64,000 nt of DNA from an uncultured Candidatus Poseidoniales archaeon (GTDB lineage Archaea > Thermoplasmatota > Poseidoniia > Poseidoniales > Thalassarchaeaceae): the NCBI GenBank assembly GCA_902573085.1, contig CACGHY010000001.1, positions 46,726 to 110,725 of the forward strand, read 5' to 3'. Below the pieces are notes generated by a model that had not been told where the DNA came from, did not search any database, and was given only the letters and a program-made list of their open reading frames with translations. Shown here one piece after another: positions 10,063 to 20,300 of this stretch (its first letter is position 1; each line of letters begins with the position of its first letter). The position numbers and the translations under genes were made by a program.

Positions 10063-11979
10063 ATGCGATTGACACTACCAGAGATAAAAAAGAAAATATC
10101 GAAGATAATACCAGAAGGTATCGATCACGAAGTCACACTAGAAGCTGGCTCTATCGCAATTATCACCAAACATCCCAAGGAGTTCTCAGGTGGAGGCGAG
10201 AGCCTAACGGTTAGGATTGCCAAATCCGTGAAACGCAGAGTTGTAATTAGGCCCCATCCAGAAATACTATCCGATGAACAGGCGGTTCATGATGCAGTCA
10301 ACAGCATAATTCCAGCCGAGGCAATGGTGAGAAACACATGGCTGGATCCAGCTCTATCTGAGGTAATTCTAGAATGCGATGATCCATCATCAGCCGTGGG
10401 CCCGAAAGGGTCCCACATTAATGCCCTGAGGGACGAAATCGGTTGGCTTGTTAAGGTAGAACGTGCTCCTGCCAGAGAGAGCAGAACTCAACATGACATC
10501 CGTCGTTACCGCAAAGAGTTAGCCGATGAACGGAAATCATTGTTGAAGAAATTCGGGACAAGAATATACCGTCCCCAGAGACCAGGGGAGCATTGGGTGA
10601 GAGTTTCGGCGTTGGGGTCATATCGCGAAGTTGGCCGAGCAATGCACTTGGTTACGACTAATGAATCCAAAGTTCTGGTAGATGTTGGGGCGAAACCTAC
10701 CAATAACCAGAACGAGGTTCAGCCATTCTTCTCGGCACCAGAACTTCTACCACTAGACAATCTAGATGCCGTGATTATCACGCATGCGCACGTGGACCAC
10801 ATAGCAATGCTGCCTGTCCTCTTCAAGTATGGATACAAGGGACCAGTGTATTGCACACCCCCGACTAGGGATCTGATGACCCTTCTCCAAATAGATTACA
10901 TCAAGGTTTCACAAGCAGAAGGCCATGAACCCCCGTATTCCAAAGCTGACATACAGGAATGCATTAAGCACGTTGTCGATGTTAATTGGGGAGACAAGAC
11001 TGACATAGCCCCTGATGTTAAGATGACAATGGAAAATGCAGGGCATATTTTGGGCTCTTCCAGTGTGTATATGCAAATAGGTGAAGGAAAGTCAGAGCAT
11101 CGACTTCTTTTTTCGGGCGACATCAAGTACGAAAAATCCTGGCTTTTCGATGCTGCTACTGTCAGATTTCCCAAAGTTGACACGCTCGTTATCGAGTCAA
11201 CTTATGGCGGGCCGCAGAGCATTCAGCCCACCAGGCATCAGGCTAGTCAGGAGCTTCAGGATCTTGTTTCTGACACCCTAAGTAGGAAGGGTAAGATATT
11301 CTGCCCGGTTTTCGCAGTTGGACGGTCACAGGAGGTAATGCTAGCAATTGATGAACTGTTCAAGTCTGGGCGCGTACAACCTGTCACCGTATGGCTCGAC
11401 GGAATGATTAGCGAGGCGAGCGCGATTCATTCAAGCCACCCCAACTTCCTCAATAAGGAGCTCAAGAAGAGCATGCTTAGAGGAGGGGACGAGAATCCCT
11501 TCAACTCCTCTTGGTTCAAGCAGGTCGACTCCAGGGAGATGCGTGAAACTATCCTCCTCGATCCAAGCCCTTGCATAGTTCTGGCTACCAGCGGTATGAT
11601 GACCGGCGGGCCGATCATAGAGTATCTGAAGCACTGGGCACCGGAACCAGGAAACACCCTATGCTTCGTAGGCTATCAGGCCTCTGGAACCCTTGGAAGA
11701 AGGCTACAGGAGGGACATTCTCACGTTCCGTTAATGGACAAGGGACAGACACTGATGCTCGATGTCAATTGCAACATGGTGATCATTGACGGGTTCAGCG
11801 GCCATTCAGACAGAAACCAACTTATGGATTATGTTTCGGCGCTAAATCCCACACCAAGGAAGATCATATGCCATCACGGCGATCCTCAGACCTGCAATGC
11901 ATTCAGAATGGGTCTTCGTGAAAAATTCAAGGTACAGACTTACGCACCTGCAAACCTGGAGACTCTTCGACTCTCTTGA
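10063..11979 (+). CDS. KH-domain beta-CASP ribonuclease aCPSF1 (FttA)
   Basis: N-terminal KH region; THAHVDH, AGHILGS, ESTYGG, FAVGRSQE, FSGHSD, NLETLRL; follows psmB. Confidence 0.95.
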   Translation: MRLTLPEIKKKISKIIPEGIDHEVTLEAGSIAIITKHPKEFSGGGESLTVRIAKSVKRRVVIRPHPEILSDEQAVHDAVNSIIPAEAMVRNTWLDPALSEVILECDDPSSAVGPKGSHINALRDEIGWLVKVERAPARESRTQHDIRRYRKELADERKSLLKKFGTRIYRPQRPGEHWVRVSALGSYREVGRAMHLVTTNESKVLVDVGAKPTNNQNEVQPFFSAPELLPLDNLDAVIITHAHVDHIAMLPVLFKYGYKGPVYCTPPTRDLMTLLQIDYIKVSQAEGHEPPYSKADIQECIKHVVDVNWGDKTDIAPDVKMTMENAGHILGSSSVYMQIGEGKSEHRLLFSGDIKYEKSWLFDAATVRFPKVDTLVIESTYGGPQSIQPTRHQASQELQDLVSDTLSRKGKIFCPVFAVGRSQEVMLAIDELFKSGRVQPVTVWLDGMISEASAIHSSHPNFLNKELKKSMLRGGDENPFNSSWFKQVDSREMRETILLDPSPCIVLATSGMMTGGPIIEYLKHWAPEPGNTLCFVGYQASGTLGRRLQEGHSHVPLMDKGQTLMLDVNCNMVIIDGFSGHSDRNQLMDYVSALNPTPRKIICHHGDPQTCNAFRMGLREKFKVQTYAPANLETLRLS

Positions 11980-12249
11980 TCATAAGACAGGAATATCAAA
12001 ACCAGCTTCTGCGGGATCTCCCACATTGCCATCTGTTTGGTCTTCGTTACCGTCGGTCCAATCTTCCATAGAATCAGATGCTACGTCCACTGGGTCCTTA
12101 TTCGCAGTTATTGATACGGCAACAGGAATAGGCGTAATCAGTAGCAGTGCCCAAGCTTCAGGGGTTATAGTCCCCTCAACTATCATAATTAGTACCGATA
12201 TCATCGCGATTATACAAGAAATCGAAACCGCAATCACGCTTCTCAGCAT
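11980..12249 (-). CDS. Small two-TM membrane protein with acidic tail
   Basis: 89-aa ORF filling the gap; two hydrophobic segments; GDPAEAGFDIPVL tail. Confidence 0.7.
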   Translation of the reverse strand: MLRSVIAVSISCIIAMISVLIMIVEGTITPEAWALLLITPIPVAVSITANKDPVDVASDSMEDWTDGNEDQTDGNVGDPAEAGFDIPVL

Positions 12250-12326
12250 ACTTTCATATCGCTCTCAACAGATGTTTGTTATCTTTGTAACGACAAGGTG
12301 ATGAACCTTGGATTAATTCATTGACT

Positions 12327-12764
12327 ATGGGACTTGACTGGTGTCTAGTTAGGTGTAAGTGCGGTCATTCCTTCGGACACAGAAAGGGGAGCAACGCAAT
12401 ATGCACAATTTGCGGCTCTAGTGAAGTGAAAAAAGTCCACCAGTTCTCAGATTCAAGATCCTTGGCAAATGCAGTAGCTAAAGCAAATCTGCCGATAGAA
12501 CTCACAAAAGAGATGTCATCAAGACTCGAATCCAAGTCTGCTATTGAAGAAAACAGACAGCAAGGTCCCGTCAGCATTAGGGAAAGGGTCAGGCGCACAT
12601 TGCGTAGTGCGACCGATGAACAGGGAGTCTTACGTGAAAGCGCCATTAGAAGAGAGTTAGACGGGGCTGGTCTCGATGCAGAATCATGGGAATCCATCAT
12701 CGGAGGCGCAGAACTGGAGGGAATCTTAGTTCGATGCAGTAATGACTCATGGAGATGGGTCTAG
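12327..12764 (+). CDS. Hypothetical protein with N-terminal Zn ribbon and probable C-terminal winged helix
   Basis: CKCGH...CTICGS; C-terminal ELEGILV..W.W. Confidence 0.7.
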   Translation: MGLDWCLVRCKCGHSFGHRKGSNAICTICGSSEVKKVHQFSDSRSLANAVAKANLPIELTKEMSSRLESKSAIEENRQQGPVSIRERVRRTLRSATDEQGVLRESAIRRELDGAGLDAESWESIIGGAELEGILVRCSNDSWRWV

Positions 12765-12802
12765 CAAAGTTCATGACCACAGCTAGTGCGCTTTGGGTTT
12801 AG

Positions 12803-12880
12803 GGGCCTGTGGGTTAGTCTGGTCTATGCTTGTTGCTTTGGGAGCAATAGACCCTGGTTCGAATCCAGGCAGGCCCACCA
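12803..12880 (+). tRNA. tRNA-Pro(TGG), CCA encoded
   Basis: Acceptor GGGCCTG/CAGGCCC+ACCA; anticodon arm GTTGC-TTTGGGA-GCAAT; T-loop GTTCGAATC. Confidence 0.96.
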
Positions 12881-12912
12881 CTCGTTTGCCATCCCTGCAC
12901 GGTTGAGCCAAA

Positions 12913-13680
12913 CTATTGCAAATGCGTATTTATCGCTTCTATATCGAATTCTGAAACCGCTACTCTAATGGCTTCTTCTTTGGGGAACCATCTGGCTTCT
13001 TCTATTTCATCATCCTTGGGAGTTATTTTTTGTCCATGCAAGTCATCCTCACACTTGTAAGTGAATGAAACCCAATTTATCCCTTCATCATTGAAGATTT
13101 TTGATTGGATGATTGCACCTTCGGGATCTTTAACTATTGCTTGCTTTTTCAGTGGGTCTGGTATGTCAATAACCACGCCTAGCTCTTCTAGAGCTTCTCT
13201 TACAGCCGCTTCACGGGGGTGCTCGCCATAGTCGACGAATCCCCCAGGCAGTGTCCAACAACCTGTGAAGAACCCTCTCGAAACCTTGGCCAAAAGGACC
13301 TCCTCTCTGGAATTGGTAATGACAACCTTGCTGACAACCCGGTGTATTGACCTGTAGACTGATTCCCTTGCAACAGGATCCACAGCATTGTCGCTGATTA
13401 CAGAGTCCTTCCAAGCCCAGTTCTCTGGCCACGGGATTTCAGGCATTCCGTATACTACCACGGAGTCTACCCCTCCTAACCTGATTCTGTTAACCCTTCT
13501 TTTATTCCAAGTAATTCCCATTGATTCTGCCTCATCTATCGTGGGAAGTCTTATTGTTTCAGAACTATCAAATTTTAACCTACCCATTTGTGGAATCCTT
13601 GGGCCATTCCCATTATTATCAACGAGGAGAATCTTTCCATCATTTTCTAGATGGGCATATTCTCTTGTCAATGGTTTCAA
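12913..13680 (-). CDS. NUDIX hydrolase
   Basis: Nudix box GGFVDYGEHPREAAVREALEELG. Confidence 0.9.
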   Translation of the reverse strand: MKPLTREYAHLENDGKILLVDNNGNGPRIPQMGRLKFDSSETIRLPTIDEAESMGITWNKRRVNRIRLGGVDSVVVYGMPEIPWPENWAWKDSVISDNAVDPVARESVYRSIHRVVSKVVITNSREEVLLAKVSRGFFTGCWTLPGGFVDYGEHPREAAVREALEELGVVIDIPDPLKKQAIVKDPEGAIIQSKIFNDEGINWVSFTYKCEDDLHGQKITPKDDEIEEARWFPKEEAIRVAVSEFDIEAINTHLQ

Positions 13681-13690
13681 CCTCGTAACT

Positions 13691-14629
13691 TCAGTATCCC
13701 AGGATTTCAGAAAGTTGCTCTTTGTAGAAGGAACCGGAGCCCTGTAGGCTTTCCAACTCCTTTTCAGCTAGTTCGAGCTCTATGACCCTCTCCACTCCAT
13801 CTTTACCGAGAACTACTGGTACTCCGATGTATATATCATCCATTCCATATTCTCCCGAAAGGTAAGTGCTACATGGAAGAACCCTTTTCCTATCTTCGAG
13901 AATCGCTTCGGCCATTATTGCAGCCGCGCTTCCCGGAGCATAGAATGCACTGCCCTTCTCCAGTAACTTCACAATTTCTCCTCCACCGCTGGCTGTCCTC
14001 TGGCAGATTGCCTCTATTTCTTCATCGCTCAGAAGCTGACTCACTGGGATTCCATTCACAGTTGTGTATCTTGGAAGTGGGACCATGGTATCTCCATGAC
14101 CGCCCAGAACCATCGCCTGCACATCTTCATTACTGCATCCGACAGACTGTGCGATGAAGTGTGTCATCCTCGCACTATCCAATATTCCTGCTTGGCCCAC
14201 TACTCTACTGTGTTCAAATCCTGTTACTCTCTGCATATGGTAAGTCATCAGGTCCAAGGGATTGGTCACCATCACAACAACCGAATTGGGAGCGTGCTGC
14301 TTTATGCCTTCACCTACCTGTGAGACTATGTCTGCGTTTTTTCCAATCAGATCCTCCCTTGTCATCCCGGGTTGCCTAGGAAATCCAGAAGTAACAACCA
14401 CTACATCAGAATTAGCGATGTCTGCATAATCCTTCGTTCCTGTTATACGGCCATCGTAGTTTAGTACCCCTCCTCCTTGGCTCATGTCGAGTGCCTTGCC
14501 CTTGGCAAATCCTTCATAGATATCCAGTAGGACTACCTGTCCTACCTTCCTTTCTGCGAGAACGAACGCACAAGTTGCTCCTACATTTCCCGCTCCTATA
14601 ACTGCGACCTTCTTTGATCCATTTGTCAT
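13691..14629 (-). CDS. mdh: Malate dehydrogenase (LDH-like)
   Basis: IGAGNVG, GKALD, GFPRQPGMTREDL, TNPLD, LDSAR, LGGHGD, GSAFYAP. Confidence 0.95.
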   Translation of the reverse strand: MTNGSKKVAVIGAGNVGATCAFVLAERKVGQVVLLDIYEGFAKGKALDMSQGGGVLNYDGRITGTKDYADIANSDVVVVTSGFPRQPGMTREDLIGKNADIVSQVGEGIKQHAPNSVVVMVTNPLDLMTYHMQRVTGFEHSRVVGQAGILDSARMTHFIAQSVGCSNEDVQAMVLGGHGDTMVPLPRYTTVNGIPVSQLLSDEEIEAICQRTASGGGEIVKLLEKGSAFYAPGSAAAIMAEAILEDRKRVLPCSTYLSGEYGMDDIYIGVPVVLGKDGVERVIELELAEKELESLQGSGSFYKEQLSEILGY

Positions 14630-14707
14630 GTGTGTGGGCAAATGGTTACAGTCTTAGCACTTTGGAGGAGAATAGTTCAAAACCGTGACCAACTATATTG
14701 ACTAGAG

Positions 14708-15409
14708 GTGTTATTTTCAAATGTGGCTAGCATACAGAATTCCGTAATTCCACTAGCGCTGGTTGCCTTCGTACCTACATTTTCGATATTATTCACGTTA
14801 AACTACAATGATGACGAGTTCACCTCTCAGATATTTTTCATAATATGCAAGATTTGGCTTCTTCTGGCTCCAGCATATTGGTATATTAGAGTAGAGAAAA
14901 ACTCGCCATCTTGGTCACTCCCTTCCAAAAATGGTCTAGTTGTTGGAGCAATATCAGGAATAATTTTGTCCATAATCATCATTGTAACTTGGCTTGTATT
15001 CGGTGATACTTTAGATACGGACTCAATGATTTCTAAGCTGGATAGCACGGGTCTCACTGAATTCCGTGTTTATCTTGCAGCTATGATTTACTGGATATTC
15101 CTCAATAGTCTACTCGAGGAGTATGTCTTCAGGTGGTTTGTAACAATTAAGTCAATAGAACTCCTTGGAAGCGAGTCCAGAGCGATAGTCTTCTCAGCCA
15201 TTCTCTTCACGCTTCATCATGCTATTGCACTACACTATTTTGGATTTGTTTGGTGGCAAACAGTAATGGCTTGCTTGGGACTTTTATCAGCAGCTGCATT
15301 TTGGTCCTGGCTCTATGTCAGATACGGATCTGTTTGGGTTTGTTGGTTCTCGCACGCTGTATGCGATGTTGCAGTATTTGGAATCGGATACATGATTATT
15401 TTTAGCTAA
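14708..15409 (+). CDS. CPBP (CAAX/Abi) family intramembrane glutamic protease
   Basis: EEYVFRW, FTLHH, SHAVCD; multiple TM segments. Confidence 0.88.
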   Translation: MLFSNVASIQNSVIPLALVAFVPTFSILFTLNYNDDEFTSQIFFIICKIWLLLAPAYWYIRVEKNSPSWSLPSKNGLVVGAISGIILSIIIIVTWLVFGDTLDTDSMISKLDSTGLTEFRVYLAAMIYWIFLNSLLEEYVFRWFVTIKSIELLGSESRAIVFSAILFTLHHAIALHYFGFVWWQTVMACLGLLSAAAFWSWLYVRYGSVWVCWFSHAVCDVAVFGIGYMIIFS

Positions 15410-15473
15410 CTAATTTGAGAAAGTTTCTAGCCGACGGCTTCAATAACATCCCTCAATTGGAGGATTTACTAAA

Positions 15474-16649
15474 TTGGGTGATGAAATGAGACTTGGCGTG
15501 CTTAAGGAGCCTGAAGGTGAGAATCGTGTGTCTATAATTCCTAACTCGTGCAAGAAGCTGAACAGGTTAGGCTTCGAATTAACTGTAGAATCTGGGGCCG
15601 GTGTAATTTCGCACTACAGCGACAATGAATACAAATCCGCCGGATTTACAGTATCCGACAAAACCTCAGTCCTTGAATCCGAAATAGTAGTTTCAATATC
15701 AATGCCCGACCTTTCATATGCTAAAGAAGGTCAGATATTTGTCTGCGTTTCAGATCCATTCCGAAATCCTACCGTGGTTAAACAGGCCATTGAAAAGAAA
15801 ATCACCCTAATCAGTATGGATATGATTCCACGTAGACTTTCTAGGGCGCAAGCAATGGATGTTAATTCCAGTCAAGACAATATCGCCGGTTACAAGGCTG
15901 TTTTGCTCGGAGCAGCCCATGTTCCAAGGGGGATACCTATGATGACTACAAGTGCTGGTACGGTAAGGCCTTCCAAGTTTGTTATCATGGGTTCTGGTGT
16001 AGCCGGCCTACAGGCTATAGCCACTGCCAAGAGATTAGGGGCCATTGTCTACGCTTCAGATGTGAGAAAATCTGCTGCAGAGCAAATTGAATCTGTAGGG
16101 GGGCGTTTCATCGAAGTTGATGGAATGGACGACTTCGAAGACGAATCCGGTTATGCTAAACCACTTACACCGGAGTTTATCCAGAAGGTGAATGATACCG
16201 TATGCGAGGTGGCAAGAGATGCCGATGTAATCATTACTACGGCTAGGATTTTTGGTAGGCCCGCACCAATCACCGTTCCGGCTTCTGCAATTTCTACTTT
16301 CAAGCCGGGATCTGTTGTAGTGGACATGAATGCTGATGTCGGAGGCAACTGTGAGCTGACTAAGCGAGGCGAGGTATTCGTCACAGAAAACGGCGTAACT
16401 ATTGTTGGTACGACGAATCTTCCTGGTGAGCTGTCTACTACTGCAAGTATGCTATATTCCAACAATATGGTCACGTTCCTTTCCACACTTGTCAGTCAGG
16501 AGTCAATCTCCATCGACCTCGATGACTCTATTCTAGTCGGGGCACCAGAAGGGGACGAGTTCTACGTTCCGGGAATGGGTGGAGTTCTATTGTGCCACCA
16601 AGGTGAGATTCACCACAAACAAGGTCGACTTTCGGAGGTGGTAAACTAA
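15474..16649 (+). CDS. pntAA: NAD(P) transhydrogenase subunit alpha, domain I
   Basis: GENRV, RAQAMDVNSSQ.NIAGYKAV, MMTTSAGT, GSGVAGLQAIATAKRLGA, GGNC. Confidence 0.93.
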   Translation: MGDEMRLGVLKEPEGENRVSIIPNSCKKLNRLGFELTVESGAGVISHYSDNEYKSAGFTVSDKTSVLESEIVVSISMPDLSYAKEGQIFVCVSDPFRNPTVVKQAIEKKITLISMDMIPRRLSRAQAMDVNSSQDNIAGYKAVLLGAAHVPRGIPMMTTSAGTVRPSKFVIMGSGVAGLQAIATAKRLGAIVYASDVRKSAAEQIESVGGRFIEVDGMDDFEDESGYAKPLTPEFIQKVNDTVCEVARDADVIITTARIFGRPAPITVPASAISTFKPGSVVVDMNADVGGNCELTKRGEVFVTENGVTIVGTTNLPGELSTTASMLYSNNMVTFLSTLVSQESISIDLDDSILVGAPEGDEFYVPGMGGVLLCHQGEIHHKQGRLSEVVN

Positions 16650-16963
16650 TGCTCACAACCGCTACTCTGGTGGCTAGCATTACTGTTTTCGTACTGGCGA
16701 TTTTCCTAGGTTTCGAGTTGATAAGCAAAGTCCCCCCTACTCTACACACGCCACTGATGTCAGGGGCTAACGCCATTTCTGGTATCACTATCGTAGGTGC
16801 GTTGATACTTTCGAATGTCGAATTCAACAATGGAAATCCAGGCACTGCCTCCTGGTTGGCATTCGTTGCTTTGGTTATGGCCACGATCAACGTAGTTGGA
16901 GGGTTCATGGTTACCAACAAGATGCTAGAGATGATTGCCGGAAAGAAGAGAGGTGGCAACTGA
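16649..16963 (+). CDS. pntAB: NAD(P) transhydrogenase subunit alpha, part 2
   Basis: VPPTLHTPLMSGANAISG, NVVGGFMVT. Confidence 0.95.
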   Translation: MLTTATLVASITVFVLAIFLGFELISKVPPTLHTPLMSGANAISGITIVGALILSNVEFNNGNPGTASWLAFVALVMATINVVGGFMVTNKMLEMIAGKKRGGN

Positions 16964-18408
16964 TGGTCGACTCGGTTGTCTGGGACATAGGTTATCTTGT
17001 ATCGGCAGCTCTGTTCATCTTCGGCATAAAACGCCTTTCCAGTCCCAAGACTGCCCCCCAGGGAAATCGTCTTGGTGCCTATGGGATGCTTCTTGCAGTT
17101 CTAGTCACACTGGTGAAGATGTATTCTGAAGGAATCATCGGAATCGAGCTGATAGTAGCCGGGCTAGCTATAGGTGCCATTATTGGATATATCATGGCTA
17201 CTACAGTTGAGATGACTGAGATGCCTGAACTGGTCGCACTTTTCAACGGGTTTGGTGGAGGGGCATCTGCACTTGTTGGCCTTTCAGAAGTCTTGAAGCG
17301 ACTGCAGGAGGGGCAAATCCCAGATGCAGGCATCGAACTATATGCCACATGGATCGCAATAGGACTTTCCGGAGTCGTCGGATGGGTTACACTTACCGGC
17401 AGCCTCATGGCTATGGGGAAACTCAGGGGAGGCTTCTACATCCCTCTTACAAAAAAAGATGATAGGGGTCGGAGAAAATGGGTGAGCTTCCCCACTTGGG
17501 GCCCCCCATGGCTGAATTACGTTAAGGGCGCGATATTGATTTGTTGCATATCTCTGATCGGACTAACAATCCAAGAACCCGGGAATTACGATTACATATA
17601 TTCACTCGTCGGTCTCTCCTGTCTACTGGGCGTGCTATTCGTTATTCCAATTGGGGGTGCTGACATGCCAGTTGTTGTAAGCCTGCTTAATTCTATGTCA
17701 GGAATTGCCGCAGCTTTCACCGGTTTCGTGATAGGAAACAATGTCCTGATCATTGCTGGCTCTATGGTGGGAGCAGCCGGACTCATCCTGACATTCATTA
17801 TGTGCAAAGCGATGAACAGAACACTCACTGCGGTTCTTTTCAAATCATTCGGAGGGGGTGGACGTGAGTCAGTAACCAGAACCAAAGTAGGCAGCGATCC
17901 CGAGGAAGTAGCAATGGTTTGCGATGGTATAAGCAAGTGCGTTATTATTCCTGGATATGGCATGGCTGTTAGCCAGGCACAGCATGCCGTCAAGGAGTTC
18001 GCCGACCTTCTTGGATCTCAAGGAGTGGAGGTTTCCTATGGTATCCATCCAGTCGCTGGTAGGATGCCAGGCCACATGAATGTCTTATTGGCCGAGGCAA
18101 GCGTTCCATACGAACAGCTCATCGAGATGGACGACATAAATTCGGAACTCCCTGAGACTGACGTTGCTCTCATTATAGGTGCCAATGATACGATTAATCC
18201 AGTGGCTCGTACAGGCGAGGGGCCACTCGGTGGAATGCCCATCATCGACGCCGACAAGGCGAGAGTTGTTGTTATCATCAAGAGGAGCCTTTCTGTCGGT
18301 TATGCAGGTGTTGACAATGACCTATTCTATGATGACAAGACTATGATGCTGTTCGGTGACGGCAAGAAGATGATGAATGAATTGAATTCCTCTATCAAGG
18401 AGTTATGA
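16963..18408 (+). CDS. pntB: NAD(P) transhydrogenase subunit beta
   Basis: MPELVALFNGFGG, IGGADMPVVVSLLNS, PGYGMAVSQAQ, HPVAGRMPGHMNVLLAEA. Confidence 0.97.
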   Translation: MVDSVVWDIGYLVSAALFIFGIKRLSSPKTAPQGNRLGAYGMLLAVLVTLVKMYSEGIIGIELIVAGLAIGAIIGYIMATTVEMTEMPELVALFNGFGGGASALVGLSEVLKRLQEGQIPDAGIELYATWIAIGLSGVVGWVTLTGSLMAMGKLRGGFYIPLTKKDDRGRRKWVSFPTWGPPWLNYVKGAILICCISLIGLTIQEPGNYDYIYSLVGLSCLLGVLFVIPIGGADMPVVVSLLNSMSGIAAAFTGFVIGNNVLIIAGSMVGAAGLILTFIMCKAMNRTLTAVLFKSFGGGGRESVTRTKVGSDPEEVAMVCDGISKCVIIPGYGMAVSQAQHAVKEFADLLGSQGVEVSYGIHPVAGRMPGHMNVLLAEASVPYEQLIEMDDINSELPETDVALIIGANDTINPVARTGEGPLGGMPIIDADKARVVVIIKRSLSVGYAGVDNDLFYDDKTMMLFGDGKKMMNELNSSIKEL

Positions 18409-18465
18409 GGCCTACCACCCCCAACCGTTATTTGACATCGATTGCGAGAAAGGATTAGTGGTAAC

Positions 18466-19488
18466 ATGCGTGTAAGCATCAGTCGCAGCTTCGTATGCCT
18501 CATCGTTGTCGCTGCGGTATCTATCCCCGCTCTCGGTATGAGCAATGGTCCCGGAGCATACAATTCCAACGATGAGTTGACCGTAAAGTACGGTTGCTCC
18601 TGCCATAACAACGGCGCACCATCAGAGAGAGCAGTCGTAATGGTCACTGGTGTGCCACTGATGTACGAGCCATCCGAGAGTTACCAACTTACTATCAGAG
18701 TAGCCGATTCTCTTACACTATCGGGCGGTGAAGGAAACACACAAGCTGGCTTCTTACTTTCTTCTGACTCAATTGGCAACTTTACTTGGCAAGACGACCA
18801 AGAAATACGGTACGCAGAGGGTCGAACTGATGATGTTTCCCACTCAGACACGGATCTTGATGGATCATGGATATTGACATGGACTGCTCCCGATGACGAC
18901 ATGGGCATAGTACAATTTTGGGTAGTCGGAAATTCGGTAGATGGAGGGGGGATACCCGACGAAATGGATTACTGGAACGTACTGTCTTTCTCAATCAACC
19001 CACCTGGAACTATAACCACGGACGAGAGCGGATCAACCTTGGAAACCCGAACCATCTCTGTAGGTACATATGACTCGCTATTCCTGCTAGAAGTGTCCGA
19101 AGAGCAACTCGAGAAGGAACGTCAGGATGCGATATCAAATAGGGTATTCTCACAAGGCAACCTGTTCTACTGGACTAGTCTAACTGCTCTTATAGTTGGG
19201 GCGGTTGTTCAGAAAGAGATTCTCGAACGCAGATATGGTGATGGACCAGAATTCCTGGCCAGTGAACTAGCCTATCCCCAGGGTTTCCGTAGGGGTTTCG
19301 GGTGTTTGCTATCGTTCTACCTCGGGGTCAGCTGGGCTAGCTCTGATACGCCCATTGTTTTCCAAGGAGTAGACTTCACATACTTCGCTACAGGTACAAC
19401 GTTCTTCGTTAGTGCTTGGGCTGCGTATGGAGTATACAGAACGGTTCTTGCAGCCAGAACCTTGCCAGATGCGAAGGATGTATTGTGA
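18466..19488 (+). CDS. Secreted Reeler/choice-of-anchor-V-like domain protein with C-terminal TM helices
   Basis: Signal peptide; SNG..., GCSCH, Y.P...Y, AGF, W...WTAP, GNSVDG; three C-terminal TMs. Confidence 0.65.
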   Translation: MRVSISRSFVCLIVVAAVSIPALGMSNGPGAYNSNDELTVKYGCSCHNNGAPSERAVVMVTGVPLMYEPSESYQLTIRVADSLTLSGGEGNTQAGFLLSSDSIGNFTWQDDQEIRYAEGRTDDVSHSDTDLDGSWILTWTAPDDDMGIVQFWVVGNSVDGGGIPDEMDYWNVLSFSINPPGTITTDESGSTLETRTISVGTYDSLFLLEVSEEQLEKERQDAISNRVFSQGNLFYWTSLTALIVGAVVQKEILERRYGDGPEFLASELAYPQGFRRGFGCLLSFYLGVSWASSDTPIVFQGVDFTYFATGTTFFVSAWAAYGVYRTVLAARTLPDAKDVL

Positions 19489-20225
19489 CAAGCAAATTCG
19501 TCGACAACTTCCCGAAACGGGATTTCCAAGAACACCTGCGAGACCTGAATACAATAGCCCGTAAGATCTCATTTGCACTGATTATAATGTGCCTTTTTTG
19601 GTCCTTCTCAATAGACCATATGATCACTCACTGGCTCGGTGCGTTGTCCTTTGATACGATTCCCAACCAAGAAAATATGTCTATCTATGGGCCCTTCGAT
19701 TGGTTAAACCTAAGGTGGACCGCCGTGATTCTTCTGGCATTTTTGTCATTGCTCCCATTGATTTCAATACAGGCTTACTTTTTCGCTAGACCTGGCCTCT
19801 ACCCATCAGAGCGTATTTGGCTGATATCGGTACTAATTCTAACGACAATTGTCATACCAATCGTCATTTTCCTAATATGGTATCAAGGTCTGCAATTACT
19901 TTTTTTCCTGTCCGAGATCACTGGCAGACCAGATGGAGTGCTTGTTAGATACGACGCCTCGTCTATATTCTCCATTGGGATAGCAATTTCATGGGTACTT
20001 GGTATCTGGTCTGTCACAACGATTTCCCTCTCCTTGACCAGAATATTTGGCATCACAAATAACGGCGAGTTGAAGTTCAGGAAGCGTTTACTAGCAATCT
20101 CAACAAGCGTGATAATTCTAACTCTACCCATAGAGTTCGATGGATTGAAGATAATAATTGCATTACTTTCCGCAATATTAGCCGACCTCGTATCAAGCTC
20201 CATCCCGGTTAGAGTAATCGACTAA
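19485..20225 (+). CDS. Divergent TatC-like membrane protein
   Basis: EHL.DL, YGPFDW, FARPGLYPSER match the TatC pattern; GTG start overlaps the upstream stop. Confidence 0.7.
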   Translation: MTSKFVDNFPKRDFQEHLRDLNTIARKISFALIIMCLFWSFSIDHMITHWLGALSFDTIPNQENMSIYGPFDWLNLRWTAVILLAFLSLLPLISIQAYFFARPGLYPSERIWLISVLILTTIVIPIVIFLIWYQGLQLLFFLSEITGRPDGVLVRYDASSIFSIGIAISWVLGIWSVTTISLSLTRIFGITNNGELKFRKRLLAISTSVIILTLPIEFDGLKIIIALLSAILADLVSSSIPVRVID

Positions 20226-20300
20226 AAGGCCGGACAAACCTGACTCAACTAGGTACCACATGGGGATTGATTTGAAAGCATTAACTAACGGCCTGAAGAT

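Noticed and set aside
12786-12968. 60-aa ORF (and 63599-63835 likewise)
   Set aside because: Both overlap tRNA genes and are spurious.
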